A stretch of 64,000 nucleotides of DNA, taken from positions 2,752,001-2,816,000 of the forward strand of contig CP166615.1 in assembly GCA_041937175.2 (NCBI GenBank), in the 5' to 3' direction. A model generated the notes under the pieces. It was not told where the DNA came from and did no database searches. It saw only the letters and a program-made list of their open reading frames with translations. This DNA is from Limnothrix sp. BL-A-16. Lineage in GTDB: Bacteria; Cyanobacteriota; Cyanobacteriia; CACIAM-69d. Below are positions 52,032-61,857 of this stretch, piece by piece (the first letter of the stretch is position 1; each line of letters starts with the position of its first letter). A program made the position numbers and the translations under genes.

Positions 52032-52231
52032 TCATCCTTCCACAACAGTTGCTTTCTGGACATTGTTTCATGGACATCCCCTCCCGGCCCACCGGTCAGC
52101 AGATTCCTGAGATTTCTCGCCATTCTTTTGCGGACTGCTCCAGCTCGTTACATTACTTAACATCGCGATACACTGAAGAGCGCCTCATGGCCTGAGAAGA
52201 ACACACCTGAAGAACCGACCTTAATTGTCCT

Positions 52232-52459
52232 ATGGCTCATTCAATTGTGACCCACACCTGCGAAGGCGTGGGCGACTGCGTGGAAGCTTGTCCCGTCGCT
52301 TGCATTCACCCCGGCCCCGGCAAAAACAACAAGGGCACTGATTGGTTCTGGATTGATTTTGCCACCTGTATTGATTGCGGCATTTGCCTCCAAGTTTGTC
52401 CGGTGGAAGGGGCGATCGTTCCCGAAGAGCGATCGGACTTGCAGCGCACTCCCCAGTAG
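52232..52459 (+). CDS. bacterial-type dicluster (probable 3Fe-4S/4Fe-4S) ferredoxin
   Basis: CxxxxxCxxxCP and CxxCxxCxxxCP motifs. Confidence 0.92.
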   Translation: MAHSIVTHTCEGVGDCVEACPVACIHPGPGKNNKGTDWFWIDFATCIDCGICLQVCPVEGAIVPEERSDLQRTPQ

Positions 52460-52498
52460 CACCGTACCGGGCAGCAGAACATTAGATTCAACTCCTCA

Positions 52499-52580
52499 AA
52501 GGGTGTCTGAACAGCCTAAATTGCTACCTTGCAGGTCTTACCAACCGCCAAAGACAAGGGGCTTAAGCCCCTTGCCCCAC
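52499..52580 (+). mobile_element. MITE family B, degenerate/partial
   Basis: AAGGGTGTCTGAACAGCCTAAATTGCTAC resembles the family B left arm; perfect core at 52555-52574; right TIR not recognisable. Confidence 0.55.
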
Positions 52581-52688
52581 CATAATCTTGTCCCTGCAAT
52601 CTTGCCTTCGCAATCTTGCCCCCACGACGATTAGTGCTTTACTAGTATCCCGATTGGCCAGTGCCCCCCAATCCTTGCCAGATATCCC

Positions 52689-53315
52689 CTAAGCGCAGGG
52701 CAGCAATTCCACCGACAAATCCGCCCGAATTCGGAGAGGCAAACCAGGGCGATCGCCCGAATCGTGAAAGGACAACACACAAGTGGAAGGGCCATCGCTC
52801 AACCAACCCCAAGACCCGCCCTCTAGTTCATCTGCCGAGATTTGGAGCAACCGGCGAGTTTCTTGCCAAGCCTGAGCCAATGCCTCCCTGCCCCCCGTGG
52901 TTGGCGTGCCCAAATAGGGATTGTGGTGAATAAAACGACCAAAGAGCCACTGGCAATCGGCCGCATATTTTTGCGTGTCGAGTAAATGGCAGTGCCACAC
53001 TTCGTCCACGTCCTCGCTGGGTACAAGGGCCATGTGAGGATAGCGATCGATGGCTCGTAAAAATTGCAAATAGCCTTGCAAAGCTGGGATTGCACGCTCC
53101 ATCGACCAACCCAACCCATGGGTTGCATCCGTGAGTTTGAACAAAATCGGTCGCCAGTCAATTTGTCGCAAGCGTCCGTGAATTGAGCTGCCCCCGTGGG
53201 AATTGTTAGCCAGAGTCTGGGTGGTCATGGTTTGATCAGATGAAGCGTCGGATCGATCTGAGGTGAACTGCCGCCGGGCAACAGAATAATCACTACCAAT
53301 CCCCTGCGTTGTCAT
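52689..53315 (-). CDS. glycine-rich-domain (GRDP/DUF1399-like) protein
   Basis: GWS..R...A...Y..FL, VPS.DVDEVWH.H.LDT.KY..DC...FG.FIHH.P; GGAGG RBS. Confidence 0.85.
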   Translation of the reverse strand: MTTQGIGSDYSVARRQFTSDRSDASSDQTMTTQTLANNSHGGSSIHGRLRQIDWRPILFKLTDATHGLGWSMERAIPALQGYLQFLRAIDRYPHMALVPSEDVDEVWHCHLLDTQKYAADCQWLFGRFIHHNPYLGTPTTGGREALAQAWQETRRLLQISADELEGGSWGWLSDGPSTCVLSFHDSGDRPGLPLRIRADLSVELLPCA

Positions 53316-53560
53316 GGGTTAGCCTCCCGTAATAATGAGCCAGGAAAAATAAGCTGAAGGAAATGAACTGGAAGTCACTCACCGGAAGTAATCAGCCAGG
53401 AAGAATGCAACTGTGGCTTCTATTAATCGGCTAAGTCCCAAAAACTTATGCAGACCCGTTAGGGGGGATCACCAAAGCGGCTGCAATCTTGATTCCATCG
53501 TCAATTGTTAAGTAGCCCTCTTATTCCACCGATTCCCTCTCGTTCCTAGGAGCGGCAAAC

Positions 53561-54424
53561 GTGGCTCGATCGATCAACTCAAACTCAATCGATTCCCCAG
53601 ACTCCCCAGATTCACCCGACCCAGCGGAGCCGGCGGATCCTGACCTGGCGCTGATTCGGCTCCTGCGCCAACTTCAGCCCCCCAAGTCCCGGAACCGCAA
53701 ACGGGCCCTTGAGCAGTTATTGGCCCTAATTCCCAAGCTGCCGGGTCTTCGGAAAGATTCACACCCGGACTATTTGGAAGCGCTGAACCTGGCGTTGGAG
53801 TATGTCCAAAAGAATATCGCTGCCTTTCGGTGCGACTTAGACCACAGCAGCCCGGAGTTGGTGCGCCGACGATTTGTGACCTGGGTGAATGGTCAGTTGA
53901 AGTATCGAATTATTGATCTCTATCGCCGCGCCAAAATGCCGCTCAATGCCCTCAGCTTGGATGCTCCGGTGGGAACCGATCGGGGCGATCGCCCTAGTTC
54001 CACATTGGGAGACTACGTGCCGGCCGGGTTGCGCTTAGATGGCATTGAAGCCCTGATTGAACAACAGCAACGTCAAACTGTGCAGCGCCAAGGGTTGCTG
54101 GTGGAGCTTTATATTGAGCGAGATCCCGAAGGCCGCCTGAGTAGTTGTTGTGGCACGAAAGATCCACAACTTAATTGTCAGTTCCTGGCTCAGTCGATTT
54201 TGTTGCAGACTCAGGGCGATCGGGTGGAGCGACAACCGCCCGAAAAAAAGGTGACTTGGCGTTCTTTAGCTCAGCAGTTGCAAATGAATGAACAAACAAT
54301 TCATAGTCACTGGAAGCGACGGTGCTATCCCATGTTGCAGGCGATCGCCCAGGAGATTTGCACCCAGCCAGCCCAATTTATGGAATTACTAGGCTTGATC
54401 ACCCCCAAAACAGGAGCGCCGTAA
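53561..54424 (+). CDS. cyanobacterial sigma-70-like (region 2 + HTH) protein
   Basis: FVTWVNGQLKYRIIDLYRR (region 2-like), SLDAP, YIE.DPEG.L, C-terminal HTH WRSLAQQLQMNEQTIHSHWKRRC.P.L. Confidence 0.7.
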   Translation: MARSINSNSIDSPDSPDSPDPAEPADPDLALIRLLRQLQPPKSRNRKRALEQLLALIPKLPGLRKDSHPDYLEALNLALEYVQKNIAAFRCDLDHSSPELVRRRFVTWVNGQLKYRIIDLYRRAKMPLNALSLDAPVGTDRGDRPSSTLGDYVPAGLRLDGIEALIEQQQRQTVQRQGLLVELYIERDPEGRLSSCCGTKDPQLNCQFLAQSILLQTQGDRVERQPPEKKVTWRSLAQQLQMNEQTIHSHWKRRCYPMLQAIAQEICTQPAQFMELLGLITPKTGAP

Positions 54425-55404
54425 TGGACTGGGATCCACTTATCCTGTCTTTGGATCAAGCCGATCGGCAAAGGGCCTTGGCCCAAGCGGGTCAGGCGGC
54501 CAACCCCCATCAAGGACGAGCGGTATTTTTGGAAAGTTTGGCAATGGATGCGTTGGGGCATCTTTGGCAATGGTTGGCCCTGGAACCGTCGGGTCAGTTA
54601 CGGCCGGTTTCCAGGCTGCCCGGCGAGGTGGCTTGTCTGGCCGTGCCGCAAGTAGGTTCGATCGCCCTGTTGCCCTTTGTGATGGAGGCCCAGATCCCGG
54701 AAGCGCAAGACTCCAGCAGCCTTGAGCCTTTGGCAATGCCGCTAGATTGGCCCGATCACGTGGTGGCCTTTGTGCCGGTGGGAATTAATGCGCAACTGAC
54801 GGAGGCTTGGCTCTGGGGCTGGTTGGCCGTGGGCGATTTACCCCTGCCACCCCATGCGCCGGAACGATTACCGGTGACATCGCTTCAGGATTGGGAGGCC
54901 TTTGAAACCTATTTGGCGCGGGTTCGATCGGGCTTGGTTTGGATTGCGGAAGCTACGGATCCGATCGCCCGTCAAACTCGCCAGGCGATCGCCCCAAAGC
55001 AACGGGCTGCTGTTGTGATGTACCTGGAGCGGCTTTACCAATCCACGCGGAACCCATCACCTTCAGAATCGCAAATTCCCGGGAATTTCAACGATCGACT
55101 GCCCGATCGATTAACTGAATGGTTTTCAACAAACTTACCCCCTAACCTGAAGCCCGATCGCGCGGAGGGGCCGGGAGCCAATGCCGATTCTGCCGGAGAA
55201 CTGCCAGGGGAAGCGTCGCGCCCTCCAATCACCTATGGGCAAAAGTCATCGGCCTTAACCCCCCAAGTGCGCGATCGTCGGGGTTCCTATGGATCGCAGC
55301 CTACAGTTGGGGATTTGGAAACGGCGGCAGACTGGGAAACCTTGCCCCTGCGCCTGCTCGATCGACTGCGCCAATTGTGGGATGAGCAGACTTTTGGAGG
55401 TTGA
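54424..55404 (+). CDS. DUF1822-like protein
   Basis: TAATG overlap with the upstream gene; A...A......Q...VF...LA..A...W..WL, L.VP.VG, V.IN..L.EA.L.GW resemble the DUF1822 N-terminus. Confidence 0.6.
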   Translation: MDWDPLILSLDQADRQRALAQAGQAANPHQGRAVFLESLAMDALGHLWQWLALEPSGQLRPVSRLPGEVACLAVPQVGSIALLPFVMEAQIPEAQDSSSLEPLAMPLDWPDHVVAFVPVGINAQLTEAWLWGWLAVGDLPLPPHAPERLPVTSLQDWEAFETYLARVRSGLVWIAEATDPIARQTRQAIAPKQRAAVVMYLERLYQSTRNPSPSESQIPGNFNDRLPDRLTEWFSTNLPPNLKPDRAEGPGANADSAGELPGEASRPPITYGQKSSALTPQVRDRRGSYGSQPTVGDLETAADWETLPLRLLDRLRQLWDEQTFGG

Positions 55405-55433
55405 TGTTGATCGGGATAGACCGGGCAATGAAT

Positions 55434-55580
55434 TAGGGCCCGTCGCCATTTCTTGGAATCGAGCGAAAACCACTGATTTTTCATGCCCCAGTCGTTGTAA
55501 CAAGGGGCTTAAGCCCCTTGTCCCCCACGATCCGCTAACGGTGGAATCAGGGTTTCAAGCAACTTGACGACAGACCCTGA
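55434..55580 (+). mobile_element. MITE family C, single-arm form
   Basis: TAGGGCCCGTCGCCATTTCTTGGAATC...core at 55501-55520...ACGGTGGAATCAGGGTTTCAAGCAACTTGACGACAGACCCTG. Confidence 0.72.
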
Positions 55581-55595
55581 GGCCATCAAACAAAA

Positions 55596-56168
55596 TCAAG
55601 AGGAAGCGGAATCGCCATAACGCAATCGTTCAAGCTGCTGGCGCACCGCATCATCCAGGCGATTGCTCAGGAAGCGGCCACTGCTGGTTTGGGTCGATCG
55701 CTGCCGACGACGCACCTGTTGCTCTGCTAATTCAATGTCGTGGAGCAATTGCTGAACAGACATCCACTCAGCGCCATAGCCGATCGTGGTCATCTGTTGG
55801 GCGCGATCGGACGTGGCCACAATCACGCGCCGACTGGCTCGATTCACCTCGCGGCTGTAGAGCGCGCAGGCCCGTTCAATGTAAGTGTCAGCCGTTTGCC
55901 CAAATTCCGTGTAATGCACCGTTAGGTGATCCGTGATGGTCTCCGCAGAAGCCCGTTCTGCTCGGTATTGGGCATCAAAGACCAGATAAGTTGCAAACGC
56001 CCGATAGGCACTATAGTTGCAAAGTTGCTGAATCAACTCCCAACGGGCTGCCTCCAAGTCGTCCCGCTCTAGGTGTCGGTGCATGGAACGTTTTCGCATT
56101 TGCGACCACTGACCAATGGCGTTGTAGCCATCGACGAAGAGAGTCGCTTCATGCGATCGGGCAGTCAC
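55596..56168 (-). CDS. NYN-domain (YacP/Rae1-like) ribonuclease
   Basis: LFVDGYN.IG, LVFDA, TADTYIE, VATSD. Confidence 0.92.
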   Translation of the reverse strand: MTARSHEATLFVDGYNAIGQWSQMRKRSMHRHLERDDLEAARWELIQQLCNYSAYRAFATYLVFDAQYRAERASAETITDHLTVHYTEFGQTADTYIERACALYSREVNRASRRVIVATSDRAQQMTTIGYGAEWMSVQQLLHDIELAEQQVRRRQRSTQTSSGRFLSNRLDDAVRQQLERLRYGDSASS

Positions 56169-56308
56169 AAGCGTTGCCTACACTTTGCTTACAAGGGTGG
56201 TTCGCAAACTATCTTAATACGCAGATTCCCCTTCAACCGTATCGGCCAATGCTTGTCAGATGTCGATGATGGGTGGATCATTGCCCGCTTGCCTTTTGTT
56301 TTCCACCC

Positions 56309-57052
56309 ATGGCCGCTTCCAACCACTACGAAACCCTTCAGGTCGATCGCACCGCCACCGCCGCTCAAATTAAGCAGGCCTATCGGCGTTTGGTGAAGCA
56401 GTTTCACCCGGACTGCAATCCTGATTTGCCCAACAATGACCAAATTGCCGCCATCAACATCGCCTACGAAGTTCTCAGCGATGACCAGCGGCGGGCTGAC
56501 TACGATGTGGCATTGCGCTATGGCCAATTCGATCGCGCCGACAATTGGAACCACCAGCCCTATTCCACCCATCAACAATGGGCACAACGCAGCACCACCG
56601 CCACGGAACAACATCGCCAACAGCGGCGATCGCGCCAAACGGGTCGAGCTGCTGATGAGGACTTGGAACAATGGTTACGACGGGTTCATACACCGGTCGA
56701 TCGCGCCATTCGCGAAATTGCCCGATCGCTCAAGGGAGCCGTGAACGCCCTCGCCGCCGATCCCTACGATGACGAATTGATGGCGAACTTTGAAGCCTAT
56801 TTGGAACGGATGACCACGGCACTCGATCGAGCCAAGGCCACCTTACAATCCATGCCCAATCCCCGCAGCACCGCTGGCATTGCTGCCAATTTGTACTACA
56901 GCTTGAACCACCTGGGCGATGGGTTGGAGGAGTTAGCCTACTTCCCGCTGAATTATGACGAAACTCGGCTCCATGACGGCCAGGAATTTTTCCGCAATGC
57001 CGAAGGGTTACGCCGAGAAGCTAAGGCTGCTGTTAATCAGTTGGGGCGTTAG
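56309..57052 (+). CDS. J-domain (DnaJ-like) protein
   Basis: NHYETL, IKQAYRRLVKQFHPD, IN.AYEVLSD...R..YD. Confidence 0.92.
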   Translation: MAASNHYETLQVDRTATAAQIKQAYRRLVKQFHPDCNPDLPNNDQIAAINIAYEVLSDDQRRADYDVALRYGQFDRADNWNHQPYSTHQQWAQRSTTATEQHRQQRRSRQTGRAADEDLEQWLRRVHTPVDRAIREIARSLKGAVNALAADPYDDELMANFEAYLERMTTALDRAKATLQSMPNPRSTAGIAANLYYSLNHLGDGLEELAYFPLNYDETRLHDGQEFFRNAEGLRREAKAAVNQLGR

Positions 57053-57150
57053 GGTCGGCGCGGTTGGTATGCACATTTCGTATGTACATTTCGTGTAGGT
57101 ATTTTGTATAAATTTTATCTACTCAAAAATACTCGTCTATTCAAAAAATA

Positions 57151-60147
57151 CTATTCAAAAAAGCCGCGAATGACCTTGGTTAAATGGGCCAATTCCACAG
57201 GTTTGGAAAGATATTCATTAGCTCCAGCAGCCAAGCAACGGGCCCGATCGCCAGCCATGGCGAAGGCCGTCAAAGCAATCATCGGAATATGAGCCGTTTG
57301 GGGATTTTCACGAATGAGTGCCATGGCCTCTAGCCCGTTCATTTCTGGCATTTGGATATCCATCAAAATCAAATCAGGCTGATAGTCAATTGCCATTTCA
57401 ACGGCTTCTCGACCATTGCCAGCTCGCAAGAATCGATAACCTCGATTCGTCAAGTATCGAGCAATCGTTTGGGCATTTTCAAAATTATCATCGGCCAGCA
57501 AAATGAGCGGCGGAACAATGGGTAAGTGGGGAGAAATTTTCAGCGTTGGGGCCCACAAATTCACCAACTCTTCTCCTCTTAGTGAATCAAGATGATCTGC
57601 CCGATCGCGATCCGATCGCAATTCTGATGTTGATCCTGAATTTGGCTCAGTCTCATCATCCAACGCAACAGAACGCCCAACATCATCCGACACGGAAATC
57701 AACAATGTGCTGGGAAGGTCGATCGTGAAACAACTGCCGAAGCCCACCCGACTTGTAACGCCAACTCGTCCACCATGTAATTCAACCAAGCGCTTCACTA
57801 AGGACAAGCCCAAGCCTGTTCCTTCGTATTGACGATTAAGCGCCTCATCCAGTTGCGTGAAGGGGTGAAACAATCGGTGAAAATCTGCTTCCGCAATGCC
57901 AATTCCAGTGTCAATGACAGCAAAGCGGATGAATGGATGATCGGGATCTGGAAGCGACACTTGCAGCGTAATTGAGCCACCTTCAGAGGTAAATTTCACT
58001 GCATTGCTCAGCAAGTTCACGATCGATTGTTGCAGTCGTCGTTCATCTGCCATCAGTTGCAAATTTCCATGGGTTTGCATCACCAACGGCAGATCAAGGT
58101 TGATTGCAATACTTTTTGCGATCGCCTGTTGTTTGACCAACGTTAGGCAAAATCGGCAAAGCATTTCGATATTGACTGGAGCCAGCTCAATTCCAAACTT
58201 GCCTTCTTCAATTTTCGACAAATCTAAAATATCTGTGATCAGAGCCAACAAATGGCGACCATTCCGCTCAACGGTCTCCAGAACATTGCGTTGCTCTTCC
58301 GTCACAGGGCCAAACATATCCTCTTTCAAACATTCCGTAAAACCCAGAACGGAGTTAAGGGGCGTGCGCAATTCATGGCTCATGATCGCCAAGAAATTAC
58401 TTTTTGCTCGATTTGCTTTTTCAGCATTACTGGCCGCTTGCAGAGCCGCTTCTTGGCTTCTTGCCAATTCATAGGTTCGCTTTTCTACCAACAGGTTCAC
58501 CAAAATGGAGTTGCGAATTTGGGCGATCGAAAAAGCCCCCGTTAACCCCGTAATAAAAAACCCAGAGAGCAACACCACCATGGGTTCATTGGTACTTAAT
58601 TCGCGAATATAGGCTTCCATCGCCCAAAATTGAATTTCCCAAGCGCGTCCCCCAAAGCGAATCATTTGCTCTCGGGTCATGTAGGCATTTTTATTCTGTT
58701 GAGCACCCTGAAGGTTTGACTGGTAAAGCATTTCCGAAAGCGGCTGATCATACAGGGTGAATTCAATTCCCTTGGAAACTAAATTCCGAAAAGAAGTTTC
58801 CAGCAAATCCCCGACTCGAAAAACGACAGATAAATAGCCAGACAGAGATTTTTGCCGATCGACTATGGTGGTTGGCAGCGGCAATTCATAAACCGGCAAA
58901 TAGAGAATTACACCCTGCTGTTGACCCGTTTCTTGGGCAAGTTGAATGGGCGGTGTGGCCGTTAAACCGCCAGAGTCCCGAGCCAGCTCTAGAGTCCGAA
59001 GACGGCGGCTTTCTGACCCTAAGTTAAACCCAAAAGCACGCTGATTTCCATTCAGCGGTTCGATATATAACACGGGGTAATAGGTTTCCCGATCGCGATC
59101 GGGAATTAGCCGATTGTTTTCATCGCGTTGTTGAAATTGAAAGTTAGCAAACCCTTCTTCGCGAATGTAGGCCTCATATTTCGCCCGATCGCCCCGTTTC
59201 ACCACCGGATTCCAACCAACGGCTTGGATTCCTCGAACTCGCTCAAAATAGGGATCCGTAAAGATTTTGAACTGTTGCCGACTCACTGGAATCAAACCCC
59301 GATCGCGGTCAGCCGTATCAAACAACCCTTGCAAACTAAAGAGAATTTGCGTGGCCTTATCCAAATTCTCGTGTAACCGTTGAGTAATGATTTCCGTGTC
59401 ATTTTCAAACACAGCATAGAGGCGTTGTCGTTCCGCATTTTTTGTGATTTGAAAAGCGAAAATCGTTGAGCTTAAAACCAACAAAGCGGGCAAAATATAG
59501 GATGCAAATTGTCGATCGCGGTTAGACTCACGGTGTAGTTTCAGGACAATGCGTTGGCGCTTGAGCATATACACAATGCCAACGGGCAAAACTGCCAAAA
59601 CTCCCAACGAATCACCAATCCACCAATTCCACCAAGATTCCAAAACCTGAGACCAAGTAATGGAGTGGCTGGCGAGCAACACACCATTACCAACCGTTGC
59701 CCCCACAGTGCAACTGATGGGTCCCGCCAACACCAGTAGTGCCAGAATCCCTAAAAATTCTTCTCGCCAAATGGGATGCTTAAACAGTTTCCGTAATAAA
59801 ACATTGCCGCTATAGGCTTGCAAAATTGCGCCCAGAGCAATGCCAGCTCCCACCAAAACAACACTGAGATTAATTGAGCCGATCGCCCTTGTGCCGATTA
59901 GCACATTCAGGACAAAAGATCCTAGCCAAATACCTAAGTAGGAATATTTTTTCCAATATAAAGCTGCCAGCAAAGCGATCCCCGCCGCTGGCCAAACCGG
60001 TGAAGCATAGCCCGGTGGAATGGCAAAATAGCCCGACAATAAGCCGGTTCCACAATAGGCAACCGCAACTGCGGCTGTCTTTTTCCAGAAGTCTCTAACA
60101 CATCGCCTAATAACATCAGAAAGTCTCATGGGAGATGAACAGTTCAA
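57151..60147 (-). CDS. hybrid sensor histidine kinase MASE1-CHASE-HisKA-HATPase-REC
   Basis: SPVWPAAG and WWIGD (MASE1); YYPV.YIEP...N..A.G (CHASE); SHELRTPL, NLLSNAVKFT, GTGLGL; receiver LMDIQMP...KP. Confidence 0.93.
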   Translation of the reverse strand: MNCSSPMRLSDVIRRCVRDFWKKTAAVAVAYCGTGLLSGYFAIPPGYASPVWPAAGIALLAALYWKKYSYLGIWLGSFVLNVLIGTRAIGSINLSVVLVGAGIALGAILQAYSGNVLLRKLFKHPIWREEFLGILALLVLAGPISCTVGATVGNGVLLASHSITWSQVLESWWNWWIGDSLGVLAVLPVGIVYMLKRQRIVLKLHRESNRDRQFASYILPALLVLSSTIFAFQITKNAERQRLYAVFENDTEIITQRLHENLDKATQILFSLQGLFDTADRDRGLIPVSRQQFKIFTDPYFERVRGIQAVGWNPVVKRGDRAKYEAYIREEGFANFQFQQRDENNRLIPDRDRETYYPVLYIEPLNGNQRAFGFNLGSESRRLRTLELARDSGGLTATPPIQLAQETGQQQGVILYLPVYELPLPTTIVDRQKSLSGYLSVVFRVGDLLETSFRNLVSKGIEFTLYDQPLSEMLYQSNLQGAQQNKNAYMTREQMIRFGGRAWEIQFWAMEAYIRELSTNEPMVVLLSGFFITGLTGAFSIAQIRNSILVNLLVEKRTYELARSQEAALQAASNAEKANRAKSNFLAIMSHELRTPLNSVLGFTECLKEDMFGPVTEEQRNVLETVERNGRHLLALITDILDLSKIEEGKFGIELAPVNIEMLCRFCLTLVKQQAIAKSIAINLDLPLVMQTHGNLQLMADERRLQQSIVNLLSNAVKFTSEGGSITLQVSLPDPDHPFIRFAVIDTGIGIAEADFHRLFHPFTQLDEALNRQYEGTGLGLSLVKRLVELHGGRVGVTSRVGFGSCFTIDLPSTLLISVSDDVGRSVALDDETEPNSGSTSELRSDRDRADHLDSLRGEELVNLWAPTLKISPHLPIVPPLILLADDNFENAQTIARYLTNRGYRFLRAGNGREAVEMAIDYQPDLILMDIQMPEMNGLEAMALIRENPQTAHIPMIALTAFAMAGDRARCLAAGANEYLSKPVELAHLTKVIRGFFE

Positions 60148-60777
60148 TGTTGATCGATATCCCCTCTTCCTGATGGCTAAAAACTCTAATGCTTTCGATA
60201 ACTCTTGATCGCGTTGGTAGTGTTGATAGCCGCAGGCTGAATCTCGACGTTTAGAATTTTGACGTTTAGACGTTCAGACGTTTATGAGATGCTGCTTCCC
60301 CCTCAGCATTCACCCGATCGGTTCGCTAACTAGGCACTAGTGCTACCTGATCGAACGGAGAGCAAGATTGAATGACGATGGTTCCAACTGCCACGATCTT
60401 ATCAGACTGACTCAGAAGCGGTTGGCGCACTCAGGATTCATATTGGCGGTTAATGTGCGCAATTCAGGCTCCTATCTTCGATTTGAGGCACTTTTTAGCC
60501 CAATTGTCGGGGCCATCCTAAATTTTTCCAAGGTTGTCCCAAGGGTCGATCGCCCGGTTGAACCATCTGCCAACGGTTTTCAGTCCTCGATTAAGGTGCT
60601 CAGATCCGCCTATGTATCCACACAGATTCAGGGCTGCAATCTGCAATCATCCAACCAAGCCCAACATTCCCAAAACAACCCCCAAACCAATCAAAAGGGG
60701 AGCAGCAAAGCTACTCCCCTTTCCAGCAAGATTTAGTTGTGTTTTTGGCTCGATCGAGCGATCGAGCCAAGGCAGGT

Positions 60778-61857
60778 TTAGCCGTTGATCGCCGGAGCTT
60801 GCAGGGCAACCGGAGCTTCAGCGCCAGCAGCCAGATCCAGCGGGAAGTTGTGAGCATTACGCTCGTGCATCACTTCCATACCGAGGTTGGCGCGGTTGAT
60901 CACGTCAGCCCAGGTGTTGATCACATGACCTTGCGAATCAACAACCGATTGGTTGAAGTTGAAGCCGTTCAGGTTGAACGCCATCGTCGAGATACCCAGT
61001 GCAGTGAACCAGATACCCACAACCGGCCAAGCACCCAAGAAGAAGTGCAGCGAGCGGCTGTTGTTGAACGAAGCGTATTGGAAGATCAAGCGACCGAAGT
61101 AGCCGTGGGCTGCAACGATGTTGTAGGTTTCTTCCTCTTGACCGAACTTGTAGCCGTAGTTTTGGCTTTCCACTTCCGAGGTTTCACGCACCAGCGAGCT
61201 GGTTACCAAGGAGCCGTGCATTGCCGAGAACAGCGAGCCACCGAACACACCGGCAACGCCCAACATGTGGAAGGGGTGCATCAGAATGTTGTGCTCAGCT
61301 TGGAACACCAACATGAAGTTGAAGGTGCCCGAGATGCCCAAAGGCATACCGTCAGAGAACGAACCTTGACCGATCGGGTAGATCAGGAACACGGAGGTTG
61401 CAGCAGCCACAGGAGCGCTGTAAGCCACGCAGATCCAAGGACGCATACCGAGGCGGTAGCTCAGTTCCCACTGACGACCCATGTAGCAGAAGATGCCGAT
61501 CAGGAAGTGGAACACCACCAACTGATAGGGGCCGCCGTTGTACAGCCACTCATCCAAGGAAGCAGCTTCCCAGATGGGGTAGAAGTGCAAACCGATGGCG
61601 TTCGACGAGGGGATCACAGCACCGGAGATGATGTTGTTTCCGTACAGCAGCGAACCAGCCACGGGTTCGCGGATGCCGTCGATGTCAACCGGGGGAGCGC
61701 CGATGAAGGCGATGATGTAGCAGATGGTTGCGGTCAGCAGGTTGGGGATCATCAACACACCAAACCAACCGACATAGATCCGGTTGTTGGTGCTGGTGAT
61801 CCAATCGCAGAAGCGATCCCAACTGCTACCACCTTGACGGGTGATCGTTGCAGTCAT
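60778..61857 (-). CDS. psbA: photosystem II D1 protein (Q130 form)
   Basis: Full D1 sequence retaining YZ, H190 and Mn4CaO5 ligands ([30 protein letters not shown]); MGRQWE = Q130. Confidence 0.99.
   Translation of the reverse strand: MTATITRQGGSSWDRFCDWITSTNNRIYVGWFGVLMIPNLLTATICYIIAFIGAPPVDIDGIREPVAGSLLYGNNIISGAVIPSSNAIGLHFYPIWEAASLDEWLYNGGPYQLVVFHFLIGIFCYMGRQWELSYRLGMRPWICVAYSAPVAAATSVFLIYPIGQGSFSDGMPLGISGTFNFMLVFQAEHNILMHPFHMLGVAGVFGGSLFSAMHGSLVTSSLVRETSEVESQNYGYKFGQEEETYNIVAAHGYFGRLIFQYASFNNSRSLHFFLGAWPVVGIWFTALGISTMAFNLNGFNFNQSVVDSQGHVINTWADVINRANLGMEVMHERNAHNFPLDLAAGAEAPVALQAPAING

Noticed and set aside
52148..52165. HLR1/RpaB-like motif GTTACATT-AC-TTAACATC upstream of the ferredoxin gene
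   Set aside because: The second half-site has two mismatches; too weak to call without conservation data.
60778..61857. Rogue, super-rogue (ChlF) or microaerobic D1
   Set aside because: All Mn4CaO5 ligands and the processing site are intact and the D1' diagnostic residues are absent.
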